DNA of 64,000 nucleotides from an uncultured Planctomycetota bacterium (GTDB lineage Bacteria; Planctomycetota; Planctomycetia; Gemmatales; Gemmataceae): NCBI GenBank assembly GCA_963849325.1, contig CAWKHF010000006.1, positions 288,001 to 352,000 of the forward strand, read 5' to 3'. Shown piece by piece: positions 63,367 to 64,000 of this stretch (position 1 is its first letter; each line of letters starts with the position of its first letter). The notes under the pieces were generated by a model. It saw only the letters and a program-made list of their open reading frames with translations, ran no database searches and was not told where the DNA came from. The position numbers and the translations under genes were made by a program.

Positions 63367-64000
63367 TCAGGGGCAGAGGGAATGCCGAGTGCGAACGCGG
63401 CGAATCGTTCGGCTGTTTGCGCCGAGCGAGCGCCCGAGCTGGTCGGCGGGGACAGGGCCGGCGCTGTCGGTCATCAACGCCAGGGCGGCGTCGGAGAACC
63501 GGCACCCGGCCTGGATGCCTGCCGGCAGCGGAGCGGAGACGTGCCCGCAGGCGGTGCAGCGGAACCGACTGCGGGTGAGAAGTAGCCGCACTGACCGGCC
63601 CTGATGAGGACGGTCGATTACTTGGGTTGCCCTGACCCCGTGGCTGGCCAGCCGGGTAGCATCGGGGGCCGAGCGGTGGCAGCGTGGGCAGGAGGTCGGT
63701 TCCGTGTGGTAGCGAACGTGAACGATATAACCCGACTCCCCGGCGACGATCTGCTCGACGGTCCATCCCTCTTGAGCATAAATGCGATTGCCCATTCCTC
63801 CACGGAAGAAGGCCGCTGGCGTCGTTGCTGTCTGAGTCGTGGGATGGCCGTGGAGATGGGCAAGCCAGCGGAGGGCGAGGGGTATGCGCTGGTCCGGCCA
63901 GCGTGAGAAGCCGGAACCGTCAATACTGTCGCACCCCAGCTGGTAGGCGTGCCGGAACCGCTTCTTGGTATTGCAGCGGCCGAAATGGGTCCACTTCCCG
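63367..64000 (-). CDS. Partial ORF: TGT/DpdA-like C-terminus fused in frame to an ISL3-type zinc finger
   Basis: Manual translation from 63999: GKWTHFGRCNTKKRFRHAYQLGCDSIDGSGFSRWPD..., no stop into MGNRIY...CPRCH...RFRCTACGH. Confidence 0.55.
   Translation of the reverse strand, partial: GKWTHFGRCNTKKRFRHAYQLGCDSIDGSGFSRWPDQRIPLALRWLAHLHGHPTTQTATTPAAFFRGGMGNRIYAQEGWTVEQIVAGESGYIVHVRYHTEPTSCPRCHRSAPDATRLASHGVRATQVIDRPHQGRSVRLLLTRSRFRCTACGHVSAPLPAGIQAGCRFSDAALALMTDSAGPVPADQLGRSLGANSRTIRRVRTRHSLCP

Larger units (their letters stand above)
18540..64000. mobile_element. Integrated plasmid/ICE-like accessory region; left boundary approximate, right end outside window
   Basis: repA, iterons, parA, DarB-like helicase, IS remnants and toxin cassettes contiguous with chromosomal lepA region; no integrase or att site seen. 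Confidence 0.6.

Overview
GC-rich Planctomycetota-like (Gemmataceae-like) sequence. Many single-base frameshifts occur even in essential genes (lepA, lepB), so most split ORFs are probably sequencing indels. Bases 1 to ~18.0 kb are ordinary chromosome: ABC transporter, rarD, glutathione peroxidase, lepA-lepB, thioesterase, ExbB/ExbD-like genes, a membrane GTPase, DUF4139/4140 and a cytochrome c-WD40 protein. This part also holds four REP-like palindromes and a low-GC insert with a HEPN gene. From ~18.5 kb to the end is accessory, plasmid/ICE-like DNA with three blocks. (1) A ~24 kb polymorphic toxin locus on the minus strand. It has two giant paralogous carrier genes (planctomycete LExLExR-type leader, Calx-beta and WGDG Ig-like domains, acidic Ser/Thr/Asp stalk of 46-aa repeats). 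A conserved GNLDYSPFGxP[FY]xDxxP junction occurs four times and there are five toxin tip/immunity pairs: barnase-like/barstar, Cys-His-Asp enzyme/membrane protein, ParB-like/SUKH, ART-like/tandem S1, and unknown/unknown. IS-end remnants sit at several cassette junctions. (2) An adjacent glycosyltransferase cluster including a triple TPR-GT9 protein. (3) A DarB-like methylase-helicase, an iteron origin with repA/parA, and a PAPS-reductase-like plus TGT/DpdA-like pair at the right edge. All family assignments come from motif recognition by eye; no database searches were run.
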